From Chiloscyllium plagiosum (taxonomy: Eukaryota): DNA of 64,000 nt. Positions 34,345 through 48,000 of the stretch are shown one piece after another; position 1 is the stretch's first letter; each line of letters begins with the position of its first letter. Location: the NCBI RefSeq assembly GCF_004010195.1, contig NC_057758.1:9234623-9298622 (forward strand). The letters run 5' to 3'. The notes beneath the pieces are model-generated. The model ran no database searches. It saw only the letters and a list, made by a program, of their open reading frames with translations, and was not told the origin of the DNA. The position numbers and the translations under genes were made by a program.

Positions 34345-36475
34345 GTTTTGAAATCCGATGCAATGTGGAGACTGAGCCCAGTGCGGTCTGAAAACTCGGT
34401 TCAGTACGGTGTGTGGACTGGGCTTGGTGCGGTGTGGAAAGTTTGCCCAGTGTGGTCTGGAGACTGAGTCTGCTGCATACTGGAGACTGCAACCGGTGCA
34501 TTCTGGAGACTGGGCCCGGTGCAGTCTGAAGACGAAGCCCAGTGTGATCTGGAGACTGGGTCCACTTTGGTCTGGCGACTCAGCCTGGAAAGGAAGGTGA
34601 CTGGTCCCGAAGCATTCTGTAAACTGGGTCCGGTGTATTCTGGAGACTCGGCCCAGTTTAGTCTGGAGACTGGGTGCAGTCTGGAGACTATGTCCAGTGC
34701 ATTTTGGAGACTGCGAATGGTGCGGTATGGAGATGTGTCCCGTGCAGTCTGAAGACTAGGGTCATTGTGGTCTGGGGACTGGACCTGGTGTGGTCTGCAG
34801 ACTGGGCCAGTTGCAGTATGGAGATTTGGCCTGGTGCTGACCAGAGTGTGGGCCCAGTGTACTTTAGAGACTGAGTCTGGTGCAGTCTGGAGATTGCAGA
34901 TGGTGCGGTCAGGAGACTGGATATGGTGTAGTCTGGAGATTGGGCCTTTCGCTGTTTGGAGTGTGGGTCCGGTGGGGACTGGAGACTGGGACCAGTGCAT
35001 CCTGGAGACTGCCTGCTGCGGTGTGGAGATTGAGCTTGGTGCCATCCAGAGTGTGGGTCTGGTGCAGTCTGCAGACTGAGATTGGCGCTGTCTGGAGTAT
35101 GGGCCCAGTACGCTGCTGAGACTGAGTCTGGTGCAGTCAGATGATTGGTGATGGTGCGGTCTGGTGTCTGGGCCTGGTTCTTCCTGGAGACTGAGCGAGG
35201 TGCGGTTTGGAGACTGGGCCCATTGCAACCTGGAGTCTGGACCTGGTGCCGAATGGAGACTGGGCCAGTTGCGGTCTGGAGATTGGTGCTGGTGCCATCC
35301 GGAGTGTTGGTCCGGTGCAGTCTGGTGCCTGGTCCTAGTCCACTTTGGTGACTGAGCTAGTTGCAGTCTGGAGATTTTGGGCGGTGCAGTGTGGTGTCTG
35401 GGCCTGATTCTGGCGGGAGACTGGACCTGACACAGACTGGAGACTCGGCACCAAGCTTTCTGGAGTCGAAGACTGATATGGTCTGGAGATTGAGCTCAGT
35501 GAGTTCTGGAGAGTGTTCGAGGTGTGGTTCCAAGACTGGGCTATTTGCCGAGTGAGACTGAGGCCAGTGCAGTCTGGAGACTGGGTATCGCACAGTCTGT
35601 TGACTAGGCCTGGCAGTCTGGAGACCTGACGTTTGGAGATTGGGACCGGCATGATCTGGAAACTAGCTCCGATGTGGCCTGGGACCTGGGCCCGATGCCG
35701 TCTGGAGATTGAACCTGGTGAAGTCTTGAGACGGAGACCCATGAGGCCTGGAGACTGGGCCCGTTGTGGTCTGGAGACAAAGCTCGATGTTGTCTGGAAA
35801 CTGGACCTCATGCAGCATGAAGACTGGGCCCTGAGCGGGCCTGAGACTGGGCCCGGTGTGGCCTGTAGACTGCACTTGTTGGGGCCTTGTGACTTGGTCC
35901 AGTGCAATCTGAAGTTTAATTCAAACGGGGTCTGGAGACTTGTCCCGGTGCAGTCCGGAGAATCTGCCTCTCCATGTGCAGGCTGGAGACTTGCCCTGTG
36001 GCGATGTTAAGACTGGACCCGGTGCAGTCTGGATAGTGGGCCAGTGTGGCTTGGAGACGGCCCAGTTGGTCTGGAGATTCATCTAGGTGCCATCTGGAGA
36101 ATGAACTAAGTGTGTTCTGGTGAATCTGCACAGTGTAGTCTGGAGAGTAGACCTGGTGTGGTCTGGATACTGGGACTCGTGCGATTTGGAGACTGGGCCC
36201 AATGCGGTCTGGAGACTCGGCCCGATGTGGTCTGGCGACTGAGCGAGGTGCAGTCTGGGAATCAGCCTGTTGCCACCTGGAGACTAGACCCAGCACAGTC
36301 TGGAGACTCGGTCTGGTGCGACCGTGGGACTGGGTCCGGCTTGGTTTGGAGACCGGGCCTGTGTAGTCTGGTGACTGGATCCAGCGAGGTGTGGAGACTG
36401 GAACCCACGCAGTCTGGAGACTTAGCCCGGTTTGGTCTGGCGACTTAATGCTGTCACAGACTGGAGTGAAATGCC
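34345..36475 (+). repeat. 23-bp satellite array (consensus TCTGGAGACTGGGCCCGGTGCAG), ~90 diverged copies
   Basis: ctggagactg recurs with ~23-bp period over 2.1 kb. Confidence 0.92.
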
Positions 36476-37129
36476 TGGAAATCCAGTCTGTTCTTTTTCT
36501 CCTTGTTAATCTGACACAACACTTTAATTTATTATTCTTTCAATTTTGTACCCATCACTTGTACCTTGTACCTGATCTTGCGCCATAAGTGAGGACATTA
36601 TAAATTTTTCACTGCACTCATTAAAGTGCACGTGACAATGAAGCCAATTCAATTCAAATGTAAGAGAGGCATTGTCTTTGATTGCTTTTCCAAACAAAGC
36701 TGATACTTGTGTAATGGCATGGGGCGGTCAGCAGAGGATGCTTTCAATAATTTTAAATGCACATGGGAGAGACAGACAGTGAGAGAGTGAGGAGGAACAT
36801 TTCAATGGATTCACTCCCAAAACATCAGAAACCCAATTGCTCAGTGATGCAGATGCAGAGATACACACATTAATGCATGAAAACACATACACAGACACAG
36901 TCACACACAGAAAGACACACAGTCACATACACATAACAATGGATACCCAGATATATGCACAGATTTGGCCCCATATGCCTGCCTTGCTATTCAATAAGAT
37001 CATGGCTGATCTAATTTAGGCCTTAACTTTGTTTCATCTTGAAAAATCATTCAGGGCATTTCACTGAACTATTCGAGTGAGAGCAATTTGGTACCACAGA
37101 TTGTAATTCTTTTAGTTTGAAAATATTAT

Positions 37130-38405
37130 TCCAGGATATTATATTAACACACTACAGCACCCAGGAACTACGAAGAGCAGAAGAAAGTCACCTATACAGT
37201 GTAGGTCAGACAGCATCCAAGGAGCAGGAGAATCGATGTTTCGGGCATGAGCCCTTCTTCAGGAATGAGTAAAGTTTGTCCAGCAGGCTAAGATAAAAGG
37301 TAGGGAGGAGGGACTTGGGGGAAGGGCGTTGGAAATGCGATAGGTGGAAGGAGGTCAAGGTGAGGATGGTGATGGGCCAGAGTGGGGTGGGGGCGGAGAG
37401 GGCAGGAAGAAGATTGCAGGTTAGGAAGGCGGTGCTGAGTTCGAACTGTACAGGGACAGGATGTCCATGGTGAAGATAAGGCGTTGGAGACCGGGGAAGC
37501 GAAAATCATGGAGGAGGTGGAGGGCGTGGGTGGTGTCCCGAACGTAGATGGGGAGTTCTTGGACTAGGGGGACAGGACCGTGTCAGTACAAACTCAGCAC
37601 CGCCTTCCTAACCTGCAATCTTCTTCCTGCCCTCTCCGCCCCCACCCCACTCTGGCCCATCACCTCACCTTGACCCTCTTTCACCTATCGCATTTCCAAC
37701 GCCCCTCCCCAAAGTCCCTCCTCCCTACCTTTTATCTTAGCCTGCTGGACACACCTTCCTCATTTCTGAAGAAGGGCTCATACCTGAAACGTCGATTCTC
37801 CTGTTCATTGGATGCTGCCTGACCTGCTGCGCTTTTCCGGCAACACATTATCAGCTCTGATCTCCAGCATCTGCAGCCCTCACTTTCTCCTCAAATACCT
37901 ATACAGTGTACTCAAGGATACGTGTATCCATTAAACACATCTTGCCGATTTCTCAGCACCTAACCCAAGCAAGCAGATACAATACGCCCAGAAACCCTCG
38001 CCACTTTACACAACATCAAAGACATCGCTGAAATGAATGCTAGACTATTGAGATGCCATGGCATCATCGGAGCCTACAAACCTCCCAAACACACGCAAAC
38101 GGCGGCTAATGATTTTAAAAGACCTGACACAAACAACTAGCAAAACGAATGTCACTTAAAGAATGCCATGCAAGGATTATAATAATCACTACATCGGACA
38201 AACGGCCAGAAAATTAGCCGCCAGGAGACATGAACATCAACTGGATACAGAAAGATATGAACCACGATTTCTAGTATCCGTATATATAGATGAGGAAACT
38301 CACATTTTGACTGGGACAACACATTCATCCCAGGCCAAGCTAAACAGCGCCACGTAGGAGAATTCCTAGAAGCATGCATTCTGACCAAAACTCGATCAAA
38401 AACAT
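37130..38405 (+). mobile_element. Penelope-like (Poseidon-type) fragment with GIY-YIG region, interrupted by another PLE
   Basis: NV..MPCKDYNNHYIGQTARKLAARRHEHQL...HFDWDN...EFLEA. Confidence 0.85.
37204..37896. mobile_element. Palindromic Penelope-derived mini-element with an RT-fragment spacer
   Basis: 14-bp TSD ACCTATACAGTGTA at 37190-37203 and 37897-37910; inverted arms ~37204-37441 and ~37592-37825; hammerhead-like motifs at 37235-37262 (-) and 37766-37793 (+). Confidence 0.88.
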
Positions 38406-38406
38406 T

Positions 38407-40125
38407 GTTTGAGTCTTTTTAAAAGAAGTAACAAAGAGGATTGATGAGGGCAGCATGGTAGATGTTATCTATATGGACTTCAGTAAGGCGTTGGACAAGG
38501 TTCCCCATGGGAGACTGATTAGCAAGGTTAGATCTCACGGAATACAGGGAGAACTAGCCATTTGGACACAGAACTGGCTTAAACGTAGCAGGCAGAGGGT
38601 AGTGGTGGAGGATTATTTTTCAGACTGGAGGCCTGTGACCAAGGATCGGTGCTGGGTCCACTACTTTTTGTCATTTACAGAAATGATTTGGATGTGAGAA
38701 TAAGAGGTACAGTTCTTAAGTTTGCAGGTGACACAGCGAAGAAGGTAACCTCAGATTACAACAGGATCTTGATCATATGAGACAATGGGCTGAGAAGTGA
38801 GAGATGGAGTTTAATTCAGATAAATGTGAGATGCTGCGTTTTGGGAAATCAAATCTTAGACTTAATGGTAAGGTCGGAGGGAGTATTTCGGAACAAAGAT
38901 ACCTTAGAGTGCAGGTTCGTAGCTCCTTGAAAGTGGAGTCTCAGGTAGATAAGATAGTGCAGAAGGCGTTTGGTATGTTTTCCTTTATCAGTCAGAATAT
39001 TGAGTACAGGAGTTGGGAGGTCACGTTGCGGCTGTACAGTACATTAGTTAGGCCACTGTTGGAATACTGCGTGCAATTCTGGTCTCCTTCCTATCGGAAA
39101 GATGGTATGAAATTTGAAAGGGTTCAGAAAAGATTTACAAGGATGTTGCCAGGGTTAGAGGATTTAAATTGTGTCTCAGAAACTAAATTGCAATTTTTGA
39201 AGAGGTGATCAAAAAGAAGGATGAAGGTTAAGTAGCATACGTTGTCTAAGTGGACTTTAGTGAGGCCCAACAAGGTTTCACACGGTAGCCTGGTTACTAA
39301 GGTTAGATCACAGAGCATCATGAAGAACTAACAAATTAGATACAACATCGGCTGGACAGTGGGAGACAGAGGGTGTTGGTAGAGTTTTGTTGTTCCAACT
39401 GGAGGCTTATGATTAGCTGTTTGCCTCGGTGAAAATGTTGCTTCCAGAGTTGTTCGTTATTTTTAAAAAATGATTTGGAGATGACAATAGAGGAAACATG
39501 GATAGTAATTTTGCAGACAAAACCGAAATTTCTGGTATAGTGGACAGTGAAGAAAGTCATTTAGGAGGAAATGAAACATTGATCAGTTGGGCCAGTTGGC
39601 CAAGCAATGGCAGACGCAGCATCGTGCAGATCAATGCGACATTTTGCAAAATTCCAAGACAAGCCAGGGCAGGATTTACACTGTTAATGGTGCGATGTTA
39701 CTTGGTGCACTTGGAGAGTGTAACCGAACAGAGAGACCCTGGGATGAAGGCACATAGTTCATTTGAAGTGGTAGCATATGTAGACAGGGTGGTGAAGAAG
39801 GTGTTAGGCACGTTTTCCCTCATCGGTCAGAGCATTGAGTACAGGAGTTGGGACATCATGTTATGGCTGTACAAGAGAATGTTAAGGCCACATTAGGAGA
39901 ACTGAGTACAATTCTAGTCTCCTTGCTATTGGACAGATGTTATGAACAGGCAAGGATGTAAAATGCTTAAAACAATGTGACGGAGACTGGACGTTTTGAG
40001 ATATAAGGGTTGTCTGGTGCTTTTTTTCCTTTTGCGTAGGAGGCTGGCAGGTAACTTGATAGACGTTTATAAAATCGTGAGGGGCGTGTATAGGGTGAAT
40101 CGCCAAATTCTATTCCCCAGGGTGA
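38407..40125 (+). mobile_element. Two tandem CR1 RT/3' fragments (38407-39170, 39170-40125)
   Basis: DVIYMDFSKALDKVPHGRL, MEFNSDKCE, LVRPLLEYCVQFWSP; second copy NFADKTEI, QRDPG, IEYRSWD. Confidence 0.88.
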
Positions 40126-40129
40126 TGGG

Positions 40130-43100
40130 TGTGCATATTCACGTGACACACTCTACCTGGAGTCCATATCAAGTAGTTTACCTCATTCAATTTCCTGTCC
40201 ATGTTATAAGGTCCACCAAACATTGCTTTTAAACGTTCAGCTGCTACTGGAAATAACAGCAATACCTCATCCCCAATTACAAAGTTGCGAATTTGTGATT
40301 TCTTAACTGCTTCTTGTTTCACTGTCTGGGTGATGCGTTTAAATGCTGCTTGGCCAACTTTCCAGCTCTATTTAATCGTTCTATAAACTTTGACACATAA
40401 TCATAAATGGCTGGTCTCTGAATTCTGATGTATTAATTTCTCCTTAATCAATTTTAAACGTCCTCTTACTTCATGTCCAAAAAATAATTCAACTGGAATG
40501 AATTTGGTCGATTCATTCGGTGCACCTCCGCTCGAAAAAAAGTACAAACAGAATTCCCTCCCCCAACCATCTTTATAATCCTGACCATTAATCCTGAACA
40601 TTGGTTTCAATGTTTGAAGCCATCTCTCTAGCGCTCCCCGCGGTTCCAGATGTATGCAGTAGATTTGAACTATTTTATTTCCAAGTTATCCATAACCTCC
40701 TTGAATAGTTTGGATGTGAAGTTTGATCGTTGATCTGACTGGATCTCTATTGGCAGTCCGTATCTACTTAAAAATAATTAATATTTCTACAATCCATTTA
40801 GCTGTGATGTTGCATAAAATGATTGCCTCAAGAAATCTAGTCGACACATCCATTATTGTTAATAAATACTTATTCTCACTTTTTCATTGAGGTAGGGGAC
40901 CTACGCAATCAATCAAGACTCTTCCTCAATTGCTTGAATAGGTATTAAAGGGAAGGTTTTATTTCTGCCTGTTGTTTTCCCATTAGCTGGCATATATACC
41001 ACATCTGGCAAAATTCAACGACAAGTTTGTGCAGTCCAGGCCAGTAAAAATGTCATTGTATTTAGATTGTGTTTTCCTTACCCCTAAATGAGCTCCGAGC
41101 GGTATCTCGTGCGTCACTCGCAGCACCCCCTTTCTACACCCTTCTGGCAAAACAATTTGATGAATCTCTGCTCATTTTCCATGTGTTTGAATGTGTGATG
41201 TTTTCCATTTCCATATTAAGACATAATTTGTTGAGTAATAACGCACATGAATGAATTCACTTTCGTCCTCAGTCAATCTCTTTTGATATAACTGCTTTAA
41301 CTTCTCATCTTTGTGCTGTCATTCAATCAACTTATCAGAGCTAAAATACTTGCATGTTTACCTGTTTGTTCTTTCTCTGTTCCACTTATCTGAGCAAAGA
41401 ATGATTTTGGATAACGCTACATCAGCTTCCCTATCTGTGCCTTTTGATCTCTTCTGCTTCAGATTGTGCCTTTGCAATCTTGTGATCACACAAACAGGCA
41501 AAATTCCTGGATTAACATTTTCCAGGTCTTCAGTTGTCTGCGTCTCCACTGGCGTTTCAACTAGAGTAGGCAGCATGCCTACCGGTCAATCAGCTATATC
41601 ATTCACAAGGACAAATTGTATTCCTGGCGCAGAGAATTTGTCCCATTCTCCTACCACAAATTCTCCACTCTACTCTGGATTGTCTAGCATCACTTTACAT
41701 AACTAAGCAGTTATTGTCTCACCACGATTTTCTGTTACCAGCAACTTCTCCGACATTAGTCCCTCAGGAGTGCATGTTTCATTTCCTTCAGCATTACATA
41801 CTGAGAGGATCCTGTGTCCTTTGATATTTTAACCACCTTCCGTACTACTGCTGGCCTATGTGAATAATCTTTACCCTTGCATGTATTTATTTTAAGCAGA
41901 TCTGGCCCTGCCTCCTTAATCAAAGTCTGGTCATCTTGTGCAGTCTGGCACAATTGCCTAACTTCCCTTGTGCTTTTTATTAGTCCAACAAAACTTCCAT
42001 ATTTTCTGGTTTTCCGACATCTAGCTTTCTCCTAGCCCACCACCACTGATATCGTGTGGCCACTTAATTACAATGAAAATACCAGAGCCTTTTGTCTTCT
42101 TTGTCCCTTAACGGTTTCTTTTGTTACCCTGTGGTAAATTATCCTTATGATCTTCACTGAGATGCACATTTCCCTTTCCACGTGAGGATTTCTCTTTGCC
42201 CCAGTTTCTATCCCTCATGGACTGAAATTGAACCTGGAAGCCAAACAGTGTCTTATTTACCAGCTCACAATCGTCAGCCACTTCAGCTGTTAACTTTGCT
42301 GTTTTAGCTCTCTGCTCTTCCACATGAGTTCGCATTAATTCCTCACTGAGCCTATCCTCAGCTTTTATCTCCAGTATTTTAAGCTGACTTTCCTTTTTTG
42401 GTGTCAGTTTTTAAATTTCAAAAGGTCTCTCTTTTTTTCTTTTCCGGCTCTCTCTTTTTCCTTCACTTTTGCTTATAAGCATAACTCAAACTGTTTCATT
42501 TCTGCTGCTCCATCCTACAGTCTCGCAAACTAACTCAAGCTGCTTTATTTGCAATTGAATTCTTGCCATCTCTATAGATTCTGATGGTTTCCCCAGCAAG
42601 TTTAGTTGCTGAGCTGCTGCTATAATTATCTCTCCTTTCCTCACATGAGTAGGGAGTTCCAATTCCAGTTTCTCTGGTAATTTTTGCAACTTGGTCTTAT
42701 TCACTTTTCGCAAATCTTCAAAAGTCACCGCATCCAAAGCCAGAAAACTTTTGGCGACTGAAACAACTATTCCTATCCCAAGCCATGTCTACGCAACCAA
42801 ACCAACACCCGCAACAAAAACACTTCCCCCTACCACTCGTTGTAGGAATCCCGGAAAGAGCCCTTAATCTGTAATGGACTAGGCCAGACCACTCAAAACA
42901 TACTTAAGCAGGCAGCAGTTTGTTTCAGTAAATGTATAGTGAAAATTATCCCAAGTAAGATAGATTGGTTGACGACTTGATTTTAAAACAGACAAAAAAA
43001 TTGACAAAATTTCAGAATGAAACACAAACAAGAATATAAAAAAACATACAAAACACATCTATCCAACGAGACTTAATTTTGCTGCTTCGAATACAGACAA

Positions 43101-43494
43101 CAGCCCCAATAAGCAAACTCTATTGAAAACCCAGTATAAATGGAATGCATGCTTGCAGGTTGAAGTTGAAGGGCACAAAAGGGGGTTTCCACACAGCTCC
43201 TTGATGAACCTCCCAGTTCAAGTCTGTACTAAAAGCAGCTCAGCTCAGCGAGCTAGACAGCTGGCCACTCCCCTCCCTTTATGCAGGACACCTCTAAAGC
43301 ATGACCACCTTTGGCCTGAAGTCTCATCTGCTCACATTTAACCTAAGACCTCTCAAAATCCTTTTTATCGCTGTATCAAACCAGACTGACTGGAGTCCGA
43401 TCTGGTTTATTGCCCCTCTTGAAACAAATCAAGGGCAGAGTCTCTTTGAGGCAAGGAGCAGCATTTAGAAAAGAAAGGGACTAGCTTTGTGAGA
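40130..43494 (-). mobile_element. Decayed Gmr1-like gypsy element: LTR, PBS, gag, PR, IN
   Basis: LTR ~42870-43494; degenerate tRNA-Pro-type PBS (gggctctttccgggatt); gag LRKVNKTKLQKL; PR KDTGSSQ; IN core and MFGGPYNMDRKLNEVNY follow PR directly. Confidence 0.85.
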
Positions 43495-43499
43495 TCTGC

Positions 43500-44240
43500 T
43501 AGCACTACAAGTCCCTCCTCCCAGAGATCAGTCTGGTCATCCTCCGCTGAATTCCAACACTGTCAGGTCTTTCCTTTATTAGGTAAGGAGACGGAAACTG
43601 CACACGGTACTGCACAATGTTCACAAGGTGGTCTCACTATGTCCCTGTCCGGCAGTAAGACACCATTACTCCTGTACTCAAATTCCCCTGAAATGAAGGT
43701 CAACACACCATTTATATTCCGAACTGTTTCCTGCTCCTTTAATATTGTTTTCAATGTTACAGCTACCCACATAGTGAGTCTGTGTGCAGTGGGCAGCATA
43801 CCAGTGACATTCCCAGTATTGACGTCTGGCTTCACAACTCACTGCCCGGCATGGACCTTCTGAGGACTGCTCAGAAGAAAACAAGAAAAATGAGCATGAG
43901 TAGCTTGAGAGAGCAATATTTTTCAACAAGCGTTTGCAAATGATCGGCTGCCCTTCTATTATTCCCACCAAAGAGCAAAACGCCACATCTACCCATATTG
44001 CTCTTCATCTGCCACGTATTTGCGCATTCACCCCACTTGTCTGAATCACCTTGGAGCTTTTGGTTACATCCTCCACACTCACTCACAATCCGACATTGTT
44101 TAATGCCATCATCAGTCTTGGAAATATTGTTTTTGATTCCCTCAGCTAAATGCTTGAGAATAGGTGGGGCCCCAGCCCTGATTCTTGTGATACTCCACGA
44201 GCCTTCCTTTCCAATAAAATGATCCTTTTATTCCGGTGTT
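43500..44240 (-). mobile_element. CR1 fragments
   Basis: KLQGDSDKWGECANTWQM; FISGEFEYRS..VRPPCEHC. Confidence 0.7.
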
Positions 44241-44244
44241 TTCG

Positions 44245-45022
44245 GTTCAAGACATCCTGTGCTGGGGATTGTCCACTATGACCTATTTTCCTTTTCTTAT
44301 TTTCTCCCTCTCTCTTTTCTCTCTGTAACTTATTGACCTTGTAATGTGGACAGCACCGGCAATGGCAAGGTCCCAACGTGCAGACAATGAGTGGATACAG
44401 GTCGTGACCCTCGAGAGGTCTCAAGTCTTGCCCAGAGAGCAGAGCTCGAGCTGGACCCAATGCGGAGGACAGTGAGTCCCTACGTACTTTCCCAGAGCAA
44501 CCACAGGACCTGGATTTGGTGGCTGGAAGGGATGCGTGTGAGATAGGGCTCAGCAGCAAAAGATTTTGCATGTGGATCAGAGACTTCATTATTGGTTGGG
44601 TCTTGTGTTGGCGTTGATGAAGCAAATGGCAGAAGGAACTCATGGAAACATCGATGAGGTGGACCCAGTCGTAGGAAATATTTCTTTGACAGTAGAGGAT
44701 CTGGAGCAGGAGGTGACAAAGCAGTGACGGTGGAGTGTCAGCTCAGTGGCAACGATTGCACCAACATTTAGCAATTTCGATTTGGTGAAATTTGGTGCAT
44801 GTGGGGATAAAGCTGTTGTAGAGGAATTGGGATGGAGGTATCGTCGACGGTTAGGAGCTAACTGAGGACCCAAGGAATCTCTTCAAGCTGCATCTTGTTT
44901 TTTTTTCCATATTCCTGAAGTATCCAAAATAGCGCCATTTTGTGGCGACAAGTGAACGCTTTTCACTGTATTTTATTGTGTTTATGCTGCAAAATTCGCA
45001 CAATAATAAAATTAAAATAATT
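44245..45022 (+). mobile_element. Non-autonomous retroposon-like repeat with LINE-type tail
   Basis: T/C-rich head, GC-rich body, tail aaatagcgccattttgtggcgaca...cttttcactgta...acaataataaa. Confidence 0.45.
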
Positions 45023-45029
45023 AACTGCT

Positions 45030-48000
45030 CACTCTTCCCTGCCAGCTGTCCCATTCTAAAACCATTTTAGCCACAAATGTATAAGATTTGAATTTGCCCA
45101 ATAGGCCTGGGATTCTATCAAGCAACTTTCTGAAAATACAAACACGTTGCATCCATTGCTAGTCCATAATTTTTTCTACCAATCAGTTTCTCAAATATGA
45201 TGTCCATTTCTTAAATCTATGTTGATGTTGTCTGTGTCCATTTCTTTCAGTCCCAATAATTTCACCAAAACTATACATTTACTACTTTCATTCTATTTCC
45301 TTTTTTTTCTCACCAGACATAGGTTTCCTAGTCTTGCTAGTAAGTGTTTTTTTTGTATTTTTTTGTGATGCTTTCTTCTGTGAGGACAGGACTGATTTAG
45401 TTACTTCATAGTTCTGCCATTTCCCGGTTCGCCATTCACTGGCTTCACACTGTTAGGAAGCTGCAAGTGTTTTCTCTTACCTTTCCTATTGAGATTTTTT
45501 TGAAGTTATTACAGTTCACTCTCTTAACCATTGTTAATATACTTTTTCATAATCCCATCAGTTCCTGAGTTAACCTGTTCAATTACTGACCTTCCACAGC
45601 CAAACAATTGCAGAAGCATAGATCTGTACCGACAGAAATACAGCAAGATCTACATAAATCCCATAGCCCAGAAATGTTATGACACTTCAAGTGCTCGTCC
45701 AACTACTTTAAATGGTTTTGTGGTTGCCATGACAACTCCCCTCGAAGGATGGACGTTACACTCTCCAATATCATCTGGGTGAGAAAAATCCTCACATCCT
45801 CTCCAAACATCAAACCCTTCACTTTTAAATTTTCTCTTTTTCTAGACCCTTTGACTAAAAGGAACAGCTTCTGTCTATCCACCTTGTCCATGTCTCTCAT
45901 AATCTTATCCTTCTGAATTACGACGCCCTCATATTTCTCAGATCCAAAGCAAATAACAAGAGCTTGTTCAGGCTCTCTCCATAGCTGATATACTCCATCC
46001 CAGTGAACATCCCTGTAAATTTCCTCTGCAGCCCCTCCATTGAAATGACATTCTTCCTGTTATGTGTCTCCAAGAACTGCACCCAGCATCCCATCTGTGG
46101 TCTAACCAAAGTCCTGTGTCGCTCTTATAATCTGTGGCTGAATGAAGAAAGGTTGTGCTGACAGCTCCCTGTGTCTTCTAACTAGGCCATTAACCTGTCC
46201 AGTTGCATTCGGGGATCTGTGGATAAGTACCCTCTGAGGTTCCCAGTGTGCTGCCAATCATTGAGTACTCCCTTGTCTGGTTCCTTCTCCCAAAATATAT
46301 CACCTCATATTTATCAGTGTTGCATTCCATCTGTCATTGATCTGCCCATCTGACCATTCCATCTGTATCTTCCTGAAACAGGCCTCCCTCCTCACAGCCA
46401 ACCTCCCGGTCAATCTTTGTGTCAAACACAAACTTGCATATCACAATTCTGCCCACCCTCCCACCCAAATTCACATCTATGGTATTTATGAACATCAAAA
46501 AATTAAGGGACCAAGCACTGATCCTTGTGGTGCACCGGGGGTACTGTTATCTAGTCATACAAACAGACTTCTACTACCACATCATGTCTGCTGCCACTGA
46601 GTTAATCCTATATGCAACTTGTCAAGTTACCCTTCATGTCATGAAATTTTACTATCTTTATCAGTTTCCCTCGTGGTGCTCCATCATATGCCTTCTTAAA
46701 CGCATAAAAAGCTCGTTGAAAAGAAATCCATCAAATTTGCTGAGTGTGACTTCACTCTGAGAAAGTCATGCTGACACTCCCCGATCAAACCCTGCCTCTA
46801 TTTTCTCTTTTTTTATTTTCTCCAATAGTTTACCTAACACTGATCTGATACTCCAGCACCTCCAGAACCCTTCCTATAAAGTGAAAACGCATTTTCTGTT
46901 CTCCAGTGCTCTGGCACTTTCCCTGTGGCCAGGTTCGAATTATGTATTTGGATCAGGGCCTTTCCTCTGTTGCCTTCAGCAGCATCCTGTGAGACTCAGG
47001 GATTTGTCTAATAACAGCCAAAAGTATCTGCTATCAACGTGTTTGAGAGTTTTATAGTTCATCTTCTCGAATTATGTACTGCATCCTCATTCTCCCAAGT
47101 AAAATAATGTCAAGCTCTCATGAAGCAACAAATCGATGTTCTCCAGCTTCACACACAGATTGCTCCCTTGGTTTCTAATGGAGCCTAACTGTTCCCTGGT
47201 TATTCTGTTCCGTTTGATGTAGTTGTGGAATATATTGGGATTCTCCCGAGGTTTGCCCTGCCAGCACTTCTCCAAACACCTATGTTAGTCAATCACTCTG
47301 TGTGATTTTTTCTAAATTTCCGGTAAAACGTCTCATTCTTTGAAAGCGTAGAGAATACAGATATAATCTCGCCAACACTCTTTGCAACCAGTGCAGAATG
47401 CCTTTACTTCTACATTCCTTTTCCTTTAAAATGAAGGTCAATGTCACTTCTACCTTTCCATTTGCAAGAGTCCCTCTGAAGTCCTTTGATTTAATTCTTT
47501 CAACTGCTCACTCTGTGAGTTCTTAAAACTCCAACTAAATATCCAACTACACCACATGCACCGGTTCTCCATTGTCTCTTTCTACAAATAGCATCCTCAA
47601 ACCATTTCACAAAAGTTCGTTCATATTGATTTTTCTTTCATAGGTGCGTTACCATTCTCTCCAATTTTGCTAATACTTTCTGAATATCCAATATCACATC
47701 CTGAATAATACCATCCAACATCAGGCGGAATAGTGGTTCAACAGTTAGCACTAAAGTCTCACAGCACCTGGGACCCGCGTCGATTTCCAGCCTCAGGCGA
47801 CTCTCTGTGTGGAGTTTGCACATTCTCCCTGCGTCTGCGTGGGTTTCCTCCGGGTGCTCCGGATTCCTCCCACAGTCCAAAAATATGCAGGTTAGCTGAA
47901 TTGGCCATACTAAATTTCCCATAGTAGTAGGTGCATCATTCAGAGACAATGGGTCTGGGTGGGATACTCTTCGTAGGGTCGTTGTGGACTTCTTCGGCAG

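Noticed and set aside
34345..36475. CRISPR-like regular repeats (also 30735-31189)
   Set aside because: Head-to-tail diverged units with no unique spacers and no cas genes, in a eukaryotic context.
34401..36588. Many long overlapping ORFs (up to 275 aa) on both strands
   Set aside because: By-products of a stop-poor 23-bp satellite; the period is not a multiple of 3 and there is no protein motif.
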